Assembly: GCA_963977015.1 (NCBI GenBank)
Contig: CAXBMO010000009.1
Coordinates: 32,001-96,000 of the forward strand
DNA length: 64,000 nt
Direction of reading: 5' to 3'
Origin: an uncultured bacterium
GTDB taxonomy: Bacteria > Verrucomicrobiota > Verrucomicrobiia > Verrucomicrobiales > DEV007
Numbering within the stretch: position 1 is the stretch's first letter; every line of letters starts with the position of its first letter. The translations under genes and the position numbers were made by a program. The notes under the pieces are model-generated. The model had not been told where the DNA came from, searched no databases, and saw only the letters and a program-made list of their open reading frames with translations. Below are positions 37,842 to 46,169 of this stretch, piece after piece.

Positions 37842-39539
37842 ATGTCAGAGACACCCAAAATTGAGCCCCGAGACTTCATCCGGGAGATAATCTGCGACGA
37901 CCTCAAAACCGGCAAGCACGACCATATCGTCACGCGATTTCCCCCGGAGCCGAATGGATATCTCCATATTGGTCACACCAAAGCTTTCTGTCTGAACTTC
38001 AGCCTCGCCCAGGAAGTCCCGAACAGCCGGTGCCATTTGCGAATGGACGACACCAATCCGGTCAAGGAAGACACCGAATATGTCGAGTCGATCCAGGAAG
38101 ACATCCGTTGGCTGGGCTTCGACTGGGGTGAAAATTTCTACTTTGCGAGCGATTACTACGAGAAGCTGCATGGATTCGCGGTCGAGCTGATCGAGAAAGG
38201 CCTCGCCTATGTGGATGAATTGAGCGCTGAAGAGATGCGCGAATATCGCGGAACGCTGACTGAACCGGGCAAAAACAGTCCGTATCGCGACCGCAGCGTT
38301 GAGGAAAATCTCGAGTTGTTCCAAAAGATGCGCGATGGCGGCTTTGACGAAGGAGCCGTGATTTTGCGAGCCAAAATCGACATGGCGCACCCCAATCTCA
38401 ACATGCGTGACCCGGCAATCTACCGGGTTCTCAAGGCCCATCATCATCGCACGGGCGACGATTGGTGCATTTACCCGATGTACGACTTCGCCCATCCGCT
38501 GAGTGACGCCCTGGAGGGGATCACCCACTCGCTTTGCAGTTTGGAGTTCGAGAACCATCGCCCGCTTTACGATTGGTTTGTGGACAACTGCTCGGTCCCC
38601 GCGAAACCGCGCCAAATCGAGTTTGCCCGGCTCAATCTCAACTACACCGTCATGAGCAAGCGGCTCTTGAAGCAACTGGTCGATGACAAGTTGGTCGATG
38701 GTTGGGACGACCCCCGCATGCCAACCATTTCCGGAATGCGGCGTCGCGGCTATCCGCCTGAGGCGATTCGCAAGTTCATCGACACCATTGGGCTGACCAA
38801 GTTCAACAGCACCACCGATATCGCGCTGCTCGAACACGCGATCCGCGAGCATCTCAACGCCGTAGCTCCGCGCTACATGGCCGTGCTGCGCCCGCTCAAA
38901 GTCGTGATCACCAATTATCCGGAAGATCAGGTCGAGGAAATGGACGCGGTCAACAATCCGGAAGACGAGAGCGCCGGGAAGCGCAAAGTCCCCTTCAGCC
39001 GGGAATTGTACATCGAGAAGGACGACTTCATGGAGAACGCCCCGCGCAAGTTTTTCCGCCTGACCCAAGGCAGGGAAGTTCGCCTCCGCTACGGCTATTG
39101 GATCAAGTGCGAGGAAGCGATCAAGGATGACAGCGGAGAAGTCGTCGAGCTTCGTTGCACCTACGATCCTGAGACTCGAGGTGGAAACGATCCGTCAGAT
39201 GGTCGCAAGGTCAAAGCAACGCTCCACTGGGTTTCGGCTCCCCACGCCATCGACGCCGAAGTTCGCCTCTACGATCGCCTCTTCGATATCGAGGACCCGA
39301 CCGGGAAGAAAGCAAATAAGGACTTTACCACGCACCTCAATCCCAATTCCCTCGAAGTCGTTTCGGGAGCAAAATTGGAACCGTCGTTGGAAACCATCGA
39401 ACCCGGCGAGAGAATCCAGTTCGAGCGACTTGGCTACTTCTGCAAGGACACCAAACTCAGCACCTCCGAAAACCCGGTTTTCAATCGCGCCGTCACCCTC
39501 AAGGACGCGTGGGCCAAGTTCCAACAGAAGAAAGGCTAA
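37842..39539 (+). CDS. glnS: Glutamine--tRNA ligase
   Basis: [35 protein letters not shown]. Confidence 0.98.
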   Translation: MSETPKIEPRDFIREIICDDLKTGKHDHIVTRFPPEPNGYLHIGHTKAFCLNFSLAQEVPNSRCHLRMDDTNPVKEDTEYVESIQEDIRWLGFDWGENFYFASDYYEKLHGFAVELIEKGLAYVDELSAEEMREYRGTLTEPGKNSPYRDRSVEENLELFQKMRDGGFDEGAVILRAKIDMAHPNLNMRDPAIYRVLKAHHHRTGDDWCIYPMYDFAHPLSDALEGITHSLCSLEFENHRPLYDWFVDNCSVPAKPRQIEFARLNLNYTVMSKRLLKQLVDDKLVDGWDDPRMPTISGMRRRGYPPEAIRKFIDTIGLTKFNSTTDIALLEHAIREHLNAVAPRYMAVLRPLKVVITNYPEDQVEEMDAVNNPEDESAGKRKVPFSRELYIEKDDFMENAPRKFFRLTQGREVRLRYGYWIKCEEAIKDDSGEVVELRCTYDPETRGGNDPSDGRKVKATLHWVSAPHAIDAEVRLYDRLFDIEDPTGKKANKDFTTHLNPNSLEVVSGAKLEPSLETIEPGERIQFERLGYFCKDTKLSTSENPVFNRAVTLKDAWAKFQQKKG

Positions 39540-39562
39540 GCCTGAAATGCAGACCGAACTTC

Positions 39563-40228
39563 TTAATTCGTTTGGGAAGGCTGGAACAGCTGGAAATTCT
39601 GCACCGCATAGACCCCGGACGACTGATTGAATTTCGCGTTGGTATAAAACCCGACCCCGCAGCCAATCTCCAGCGCATCCTTCGACAGAATGTTCTGCCG
39701 ATGCCCGCGTGAATTCATCCATTGCTCAACCAACGTGTCCGCCAGGCTCAGGGGCGTATGCGCAGGAATGGGATTTCCACCTTTGTCGATGAGCACGCCG
39801 GGACCACCGAACGAAACGGACGTGCCCGCCACATACTGAATACCAAAATTCTGCGCGATGTTTTCCGCGATCAACGGATTCGCAATCCCGGCGAGCGCCG
39901 CCCGCTGTTTGGGCGTCTTTTTGGACCGGTCCTTCGGATTGTTGTGGCTAAAAAACCCACCTTTCGCCATATCATCGGCATGCATCTGGGCCGAGCGAAC
40001 CAATGCCGCCCTCAGCAACAGGGGTTTTCGCCGATTCTTGATCCGAACCTCATTGGTCACCAACGCAACCGCCAACTGAATCGAAGCGACGTCGGGATTC
40101 GCCAGATTGATCCGCTGGTTCAACAGCGGACTCTTTCGGAAATTGGATTGGTCAAGCTCCTGGCCATTGCTCGAAAGCATGAGAGCAACGGAAACGATTC
40201 CAAGGGTCCTGATCTGGGCGGCTAACAT
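39563..40228 (-). CDS. CAP (SCP) domain protein
   Basis: AQMHADDM...FFSH, AENIA, WMNSRGHRQNIL...IGCG. Confidence 0.9.
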   Translation of the reverse strand: MLAAQIRTLGIVSVALMLSSNGQELDQSNFRKSPLLNQRINLANPDVASIQLAVALVTNEVRIKNRRKPLLLRAALVRSAQMHADDMAKGGFFSHNNPKDRSKKTPKQRAALAGIANPLIAENIAQNFGIQYVAGTSVSFGGPGVLIDKGGNPIPAHTPLSLADTLVEQWMNSRGHRQNILSKDALEIGCGVGFYTNAKFNQSSGVYAVQNFQLFQPSQTN

Positions 40229-40244
40229 GGTTCGATGTAATCAC

Positions 40245-41684
40245 CTATTTTCGTTCAATGAAAGGATTACCAGCGGCCCGTTCCCTCCGCAAATGAGCGG
40301 CAAACGCACGCATCACAAGAAGATGCACCTTCGCCTGGGTAAACTGATAGATGAACCAAGGCAATCGCGGAGCGTATTCGTGAATCGCAGCAATGATCGC
40401 TCTCCCCTCCTCCACGACTCGAAATTCGAAGCGGCCGGGCGGCTCTTCGCGAGAGCGGGTGAGCAGCCCTCCCCGAATGTAAAAAACCCGCCGCCCCTGC
40501 TGATGGCGCGTCAGATCTGACGGATGCAATTCCAACATGGAGACCTCCGGCCATCTCCACACAAACCGCAGAGTTCCGTCCTCCAGTTTCTGAACATTGA
40601 TGATCGTAAAGGAGGTTCGCGTCAGCCATCTGCCGTATTCGTCCGCCACTCTTGGAGCATCCCAACCCGGCGGAAGCGGCATCCGTTGAACGGAACGAAC
40701 ACGACGCGCTTTTCGAAGCCGGCGGCGTTTTCGACGTCGATGACCGGGCGCGGCAAGATCAACCGGCCGGCCATTCTCATCCACCGAATCCTTGACGGAT
40801 TGCTCGAACGGCACTGCTTCTTTCATCAACTCAACAAGTAGCGCGTTGTCCTTTGCCAGCATCGCGTGCCGCAAACTGGCCAACAACGGATTCACCAAAC
40901 TTGGCGACGACTGGCTGATGAGCGAAACCCACAGCTTGGAAAGCCCGATGAAGTTGGCGGGAAAATCGATCGTGCGTGGGCGGAGACCCAACACCTTGGC
41001 AGACCGCAAGATCATGTCGCGATAGGTCATGGGATCATGGCTGGCGATATCCCAGGTGCCGCCTTGAAACCGGGATTCCGTGAGGCAGAACTCGATCGAC
41101 CGAACCACGTCCCGCACGTCGGTGGATTGGGTCAGCTGGCGGGTCCAACGCGGCAGCACCATGATCGGGAGGCGACGAACCAGCTGAAGCAGAATCCTGA
41201 TCGATGAACCACCTCTGCCATAAATCAATCCGGAACGCAGCACGGTCACCTCAACCGACCGGCTTCTGAGCACTTCCTCAACCTCCTTACGACTCGCCAA
41301 GTGTTCCGAAAGCGAACCATCGTCATCGGGGATCAGTCCACCCAGGTAAATGATGTGCTTCACCCCGGCTTGCTCAGCTGCCCGAACAAAATTGTCGGCC
41401 AGCAGGAGATCCAGATCGGCGAAATTGCCCTGCACCAATCGCGAACTCGGAAGCATGGAATGCACCAGATACACCGCGGCATCGGCGCCCTTCATCGCCT
41501 CGGTCAACTTCGGCATCGAAAACAAATCCGCCTGACGCCAGGAAACTCGAGACTCGTAGGAAGAGGCGCGCAACGATCGTGAGAGACCAATCAGGTCAAA
41601 GGATCCTCCCAATCCGCGAAGCAGCCACGAACCGACGAACCCACTGGCTCCGGCAACCGCAACAACTGGAGAAGACATTGACAC
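40245..41684 (-). CDS. NAD(P)-dependent atypical SDR/epimerase-like protein (YbjT-like) with C-terminal extension
   Basis: GASGFVG, YLVHSM, YLGGL, SEHL.SR.EVE. Confidence 0.88.
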   Translation of the reverse strand: MSMSSPVVAVAGASGFVGSWLLRGLGGSFDLIGLSRSLRASSYESRVSWRQADLFSMPKLTEAMKGADAAVYLVHSMLPSSRLVQGNFADLDLLLADNFVRAAEQAGVKHIIYLGGLIPDDDGSLSEHLASRKEVEEVLRSRSVEVTVLRSGLIYGRGGSSIRILLQLVRRLPIMVLPRWTRQLTQSTDVRDVVRSIEFCLTESRFQGGTWDIASHDPMTYRDMILRSAKVLGLRPRTIDFPANFIGLSKLWVSLISQSSPSLVNPLLASLRHAMLAKDNALLVELMKEAVPFEQSVKDSVDENGRPVDLAAPGHRRRKRRRLRKARRVRSVQRMPLPPGWDAPRVADEYGRWLTRTSFTIINVQKLEDGTLRFVWRWPEVSMLELHPSDLTRHQQGRRVFYIRGGLLTRSREEPPGRFEFRVVEEGRAIIAAIHEYAPRLPWFIYQFTQAKVHLLVMRAFAAHLRRERAAGNPFIERK

Positions 41685-41757
41685 TGTGAAGAGCTAACGA
41701 ACAGCACTTCCGATTTGTTGCAACGATCTCGCGCCAACTAAAATTACATCGTCTCCT

Positions 41758-42129
41758 TCACCCTCCAAACACCACGTAAACAGCCAACGCCAGCATCACC
41801 GTGGTCACCGGTCCCCACAACAACCTCTCGGGCCGGGATGGGGTGATCCAGTTGAGAAACGCGCTGAGCCCCTGCACTGCCACGACCGCAACTGCAGTCC
41901 ACCCCGGCCAGCTCGCCGTCAATCCCGCAGCTGAGGCAACTCCCGCCCCCATCAAGATCAGCAATAGGATAGACACCCCGGCGATTACCCGCCCGGACAG
42001 TGGCAACGCGCCTTCAACACGACCGCCCTGCGTGATGCGCCCCCAAGGTGCGCCCGCCATCAGGCAGACCTGAAAGACAATCACTCCCCCGATCATGAGG
42101 AGATAGAGAATGGCGGCAACGTGAGTCAT
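41758..42129 (-). CDS. Small 4-TM hypothetical membrane protein
   Basis: FQ.CL.AGAPWG..T.GG...G.LP...R, N..TPS..ER.LW.P. Confidence 0.85.
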   Translation of the reverse strand: MTHVAAILYLLMIGGVIVFQVCLMAGAPWGRITQGGRVEGALPLSGRVIAGVSILLLILMGAGVASAAGLTASWPGWTAVAVVAVQGLSAFLNWITPSRPERLLWGPVTTVMLALAVYVVFGG

Positions 42130-42170
42130 GGACGCGCCCTCCGCTACGCTCAACCAACGGCGAGTTCAAG
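42095..42170. repeat. Direct repeat copy 1 (76 bp)
   Basis: 69/76 identical to 43301-43376 by hand alignment. Confidence 0.9.
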
Positions 42171-42277
42171 TCGCGCGGGCACAGCCCTTTCGACACAATG
42201 CCGAGACGGAAACAGGAAATCGTACGGAATCGGGTTGCGCGACTTGCTCCCGCCACCGATTCGAACCTTGGCAACCT

Positions 42278-42595
42278 TCACGACCGGATCATGGTCAACA
42301 TCATCTTGAAGCGCTCGTTTGCCTGGAGCGCATGAGGAATCTGAGCCGGCAATATGAGAATCTCGCCGGCGCCCACGCTCTGCTGCTTCCCGTCGATCGA
42401 GATCGCGGCTACGCCATCAAGCACACACACCACGGCATCAAAGGGCGCTGTGTGCTCGCTCAACCCCTGGCCTTGATCGAAGGCAAAGAGCGTGATGGTT
42501 CCGGTTTTCTTGTCGATCAATGTTTTGCTTACGACTGAACCATCCTGGTATTCAACAAGGTCAGTAAGGACAGCTGGGGAATCAATTTTGGTCAT
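42278..42595 (-). CDS. Cupin domain protein
   Basis: TLFAFD.GQGLSEHTAP.DA, GE.LILPA..PHAL; start ATG 42595. Confidence 0.92.
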   Translation of the reverse strand: MTKIDSPAVLTDLVEYQDGSVVSKTLIDKKTGTITLFAFDQGQGLSEHTAPFDAVVCVLDGVAAISIDGKQQSVGAGEILILPAQIPHALQANERFKMMLTMIRS

Positions 42596-42726
42596 CGTTT
42601 TTTTGGGGGGGATTTCTTTGAAGACTGACGCTTGAAGCGTGGCAAGGCGGAGAGAAGGCGTCCAGAGCAAAGCGAACTCTCGGCATTATCCGCCGTTACC
42701 ACCACGGACTAATTCGTCCGGATTTT

Positions 42727-43047
42727 TCACCTCGGCGCCATGATGATGATCGCCGCTCCCACAAGGCAAACTGCGGTTCCGATCATGTCCCATCGATCCG
42801 GGGATACGCCTTCGACGCCTCGCATCCAAGTCAGTGAAGCCATCAAATAGATTGCGCTGTAAGCCGCATAGACGCGCCCGGCCTGCGCCGCATCGATCTT
42901 CGTGAGGGCATAGGCAAAAACAAGCAAAGCTGGAACACCCCAGACCAAAGGGGTGAGGCCTTTCTGAAGACGCAGCATCATCCAGAATGCATAGCAGCCC
43001 GCAATTTCAGCAAAAGCAGCGACGAGGAACCAAAACAGCGATTTCAT
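42727..43047 (-). CDS. ynfA: YnfA family (UPF0060) small multidrug-like membrane protein
   Basis: AA.AEIAGC..FW, AGRVYAAY..IY, EG..PDRWD..G. Confidence 0.92.
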   Translation of the reverse strand: MKSLFWFLVAAFAEIAGCYAFWMMLRLQKGLTPLVWGVPALLVFAYALTKIDAAQAGRVYAAYSAIYLMASLTWMRGVEGVSPDRWDMIGTAVCLVGAAIIIMAPR

Positions 43048-43204
43048 TCAATTCTCAGCCGAACGGTAAGGAACGATTGCAGAATTGCAGCCCATTCTTG
43101 CGTATTCAACATTCCTGCAGGCGAATTCTATAGTGCTGGATGGGGAATTTGGGAGGCTAATGCTGTTGACGAAGGGATGTCAAACCAAGGTTACGACGGT
43201 CGTG

Positions 43205-43335
43205 GTCGTCGAATCGCCCTTCGGAAGGAAAAAAGGCTCGGGAATTCCAACGGGGCGCGCTGGCAATCAAGTAGAACTGATGGCCAATCGCCCCCCTGAG
43301 ATGAGGAAATACAGAATGGCGGCAATGTGAGTCAT
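43205..43335 (-). pseudogene. Frameshifted, truncated paralog of the 41758..42129 gene
   Basis: MTHIAAILYFLISGG, then after a shift GAIGHQFYLIASAPRW, versus MTHVAAILYLLMIGGVIVFQVCLMAGAPW. Confidence 0.75.
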
Positions 43336-43376
43336 GGACGCGCCTTTTGCTACGCTCAACCAACGGAGAGTTCAAG
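43301..43376. repeat. Direct repeat copy 2 (76 bp)
   Basis: 69/76 identical to 42095-42170. Confidence 0.9.
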
Positions 43377-43465
43377 CTGCCAAGGCTCCACAATCCACGA
43401 CTCCGGCTGGTGGCAACTGAATCATCGCGAAGACGCCTGCCACCCCACCAACTATCGCACCATTT

Positions 43466-43608
43466 CGCAATCCCGTTGGGATTGGCAAAGCTTTTGCGCC
43501 ATCGATCAATCCCAACGGGATTGCGTATGGAAAGCCCGGGGTTGGCCCAGCGAAGCGGCCTACCCCGGGAACGCAGCCACCATTACCATCAACCACAACG
43601 TGGTTGCG
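43466..43608. repeat. REP/BIME-like palindrome cluster
   Basis: Perfect 19-bp inverted repeat 43466-43484/43507-43525, each arm itself palindromic; CCCGGGGTTGGCC...GGCCTACCCCGGG hairpin; third unit CAACCACAACGTGGTTGCG. Confidence 0.8.
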
Positions 43609-43846
43609 TAATCGCGAACACGGGTCCTCGCGTGGCACCGAGAGCACAGTCCCTATTGCCCAACATCTTGTATCTCCAAAAACGCCCCTTGACCAGTCCG
43701 CTTTCATCGGATTGTATGCGCCCAGGAAAGCAGATTCACCACGGTTTCACTTCGAACGATCGGCGTCCAATTCCGTTTTAAATTCGCGATCCTGTTTAGC
43801 AATTCTTCAACCGAAAAATTGCCCAATCCGAGAAAGGAATGCTCAT

Positions 43847-44662
43847 TTGAAAGTTTTTATTAGTTGGTCAGGAGATCGTAGCCGCGCAGTTGCAGAGCTT
43901 CTCGATAATTGGATTCAATGCGTACTTCAAGCTGCGACGCCTTGGATGTCTAGCAAAGACATTGACAAGGGTTCGTTATGGTTTTCAGAGGTGAGTGATG
44001 CCCTTAAAGACACTGAGATAGGGATTGTATGTCTAACCCAAGACAACAAAAGCAAACCGTGGATCTTGTTTGAGTCTGGTGCTCTGGCGAAAGGTCTCAC
44101 CAGCAACCGGGTTTGTACGCTTCTGGTCGATCTAGAAACCGCGGACGTGGGCAATCCTTTGGCTCAATTCAACCACACTTTGCCAACAAAAGAGAGTCTA
44201 TGGGAATTAGTTCGTACGTTGAACAACGCTCTCGGTGAAAAGGCACTTCGCGAGAAAGTTCTCGAAAAGGTGTTTGAAACCTATTGGCCTCAATTCGAAA
44301 CAGGATTTCAAAAGGCCTTGGACGAAAACGATCCATCCGAGCCCTCAAAGCCCAGGTCCGAGGAAAGCCTCTTAGCCGAAGTGTTAAACACCGTTCGTTC
44401 AATGCAACACCGACTTCGGAATATGGAATCCAGGTCTGATACCGCCATCAATGAAACTCACCGTCCCAAACCTGTTAGAAAGCGAATACGTGTCTCAGAA
44501 ATTCGTTCGAAGATCGATGATATGATATCTATAGAAGTTCCGGAACCGGTCATTGAAAAACTAATGGCAGCCGACGGCGTCCCTATCGAAGTAATTAGGA
44601 AACACATTAAAATGATTATGGACGAGAAAAGGACAGTCAACGTTGGCGCAGATGAGGACTAA
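43847..44662 (+). CDS. TIR domain-containing protein (TIR_2-like) with C-terminal helical extension
   Basis: KVFISWSG..S..VA, DI.KG..W, IVCLT..N...PWILFESGAL; AAGGA SD before TTG 43847; AT-rich. Confidence 0.9.
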   Translation: MKVFISWSGDRSRAVAELLDNWIQCVLQAATPWMSSKDIDKGSLWFSEVSDALKDTEIGIVCLTQDNKSKPWILFESGALAKGLTSNRVCTLLVDLETADVGNPLAQFNHTLPTKESLWELVRTLNNALGEKALREKVLEKVFETYWPQFETGFQKALDENDPSEPSKPRSEESLLAEVLNTVRSMQHRLRNMESRSDTAINETHRPKPVRKRIRVSEIRSKIDDMISIEVPEPVIEKLMAADGVPIEVIRKHIKMIMDEKRTVNVGADED

Positions 44663-44764
44663 TCACGGAGGAACGCAGGATACATCTCTTGCCACCCATC
44701 CCGAGAAGCGTTTCTGCATCGGCAGTTCCCCCGCAGGTTCATATTACCGACTTCGTCCTGCCTG

Positions 44765-46168
44765 CTAGCCGATCAACTCGGGAATCACCTGACCTCCAAA
44801 CTGAGACAACTGCTTGTAGCGCCCGGCGTGGAAGTAGGTCAATTTGTTGTCGTCCAATCCCAGCAGGTGCAGCAGCGTGACGTGGAAGTCGCGAATGGGT
44901 CGATTCACATCCACGGCTTCGGCTCCGATCTCGTCGGTGGCCCCGACGATTCCCGGTTTGACGCCGCCACCGGCCATCAGCATCGACATGGCGTCCGCGT
45001 TGTGACCGCGGCCCAGGGAGTAGACGCCACCACGCTTGTTGTTGTCGGGCGTCCGGCCAAATTCTCCGGTCCAGATGACGAGAGTGTCTTCCAACATTCC
45101 ACGTTGTTTCAGGTCTTTGATGAGGGCGGCCATCGGTCGGTCGACGCTCCGGATCCGGGAGCTGTGTCCGCGTTCGAGATAATCGTGACTATCCCATCCA
45201 CCTGAGAAAATCTGCACGAACCGGACGCCTTTCTCCACCATGCGCCGGGCCATGAGACACTGCTTCCCAAACGTTGCGGTCGCCTTGTCGTTCATGCCAT
45301 ACATTTCCCGAATATGCTCGGGCTCGCCCTTGAGATCCATGACCTCGGGAACCTCCATTTGCATGCGGTAGGCCAGCTCGTAGGAATCCATTCGGGCGGC
45401 CAGCTCCTCGTGCTGCGGATTTTTGGCAGCGTGTTGCTCGTTGAGAAACGCAAGGGCGTCGAGGGCTTTGCGCTGATGCTCGCGCGTCTTGTAGGGTTGC
45501 GATTTGAGATCCAGAATCGGTGATCCCGTAGGGCGCAACCGCGTGCCCTGATAGAACGCGGGGAGAAACCCGTTGGACCAGTTGCGAGATCCGCCCTGCG
45601 GCAATGCGAGTTCCGTCATCACGACGTAACCGGGCAGGTTTTGATTGACGCTGCCGAGGCCGTAGGTCGCCCAAGCGCCTAACGCTGGATCTGCGCCAAG
45701 ACGGCTGCCGGTGTTCATGTGAAAGAGCGCCTCCGGATGATTGAGCGACTCGGCCTGGCAACCACGATAGTTGCAGAGTTCATCAGCGACCTCGGGGTCC
45801 CGAAGGTACTTCCACTGATCACACATCTCGATTCCGTTCTGGCCCACCTTGTCGAAGCCAAAGGGACTTCCGACATAGAACTTGAACCCGTTGGCGAGAC
45901 TCCTCGTGCTTTTCGACTCGGTCTTGTGCAACTCGGTCAGTTTCGGCTTCGGATCAAAGGTATCCACATGACTGGGACCACCTTCCATGAAGAGCATGAT
46001 GACGTTCTTGGCCTTGGCCGGGAGCATGGGATCGCGGGGAGCCAGGGGAGCTTCCTTGGCAAGAAGATCCGACATGGCAACCGATCCCAACGACGCACCG
46101 AGCCCGTAGAGGAATTCACGCCGGCTGGCGGAGGTTGAAAGTGGACGAGAGCAAAGATTGGAGGTCAT
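44765..46168 (-). CDS. DUF1501 domain protein (Tat signal)
   Basis: SRREFL, AKNVI.LFMEGGPSH.DTFDPKP, GVRFVQ...GWD.H, GEFGRTP. Confidence 0.95.
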   Translation of the reverse strand: MTSNLCSRPLSTSASRREFLYGLGASLGSVAMSDLLAKEAPLAPRDPMLPAKAKNVIMLFMEGGPSHVDTFDPKPKLTELHKTESKSTRSLANGFKFYVGSPFGFDKVGQNGIEMCDQWKYLRDPEVADELCNYRGCQAESLNHPEALFHMNTGSRLGADPALGAWATYGLGSVNQNLPGYVVMTELALPQGGSRNWSNGFLPAFYQGTRLRPTGSPILDLKSQPYKTREHQRKALDALAFLNEQHAAKNPQHEELAARMDSYELAYRMQMEVPEVMDLKGEPEHIREMYGMNDKATATFGKQCLMARRMVEKGVRFVQIFSGGWDSHDYLERGHSSRIRSVDRPMAALIKDLKQRGMLEDTLVIWTGEFGRTPDNNKRGGVYSLGRGHNADAMSMLMAGGGVKPGIVGATDEIGAEAVDVNRPIRDFHVTLLHLLGLDDNKLTYFHAGRYKQLSQFGGQVIPELIG

Positions 46169-46169
46169 T

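Noticed and set aside
37845-39068. 407-aa ORF antisense to glnS (similarly 52585..53808, 53517..54746, 33376..34410, 21546..22535)
   Set aside because: Antisense open frames expected from codon bias in GC-rich genes.
40695-40745. Arg-rich stretch HRRRKRRRLRKARRVR in the SDR protein
   Set aside because: Looks like a low-complexity interdomain linker; no evidence of a frameshift or special function.
43466-43608. Possible CRISPR mini-array
   Set aside because: Units are inverted and nested palindromes with irregular spacing; no cas genes.
43604-43846. N-terminal 81-aa extension of the TIR ORF
   Set aside because: Starts within the palindrome cluster; the SD and TIR domain start point to TTG 43847.
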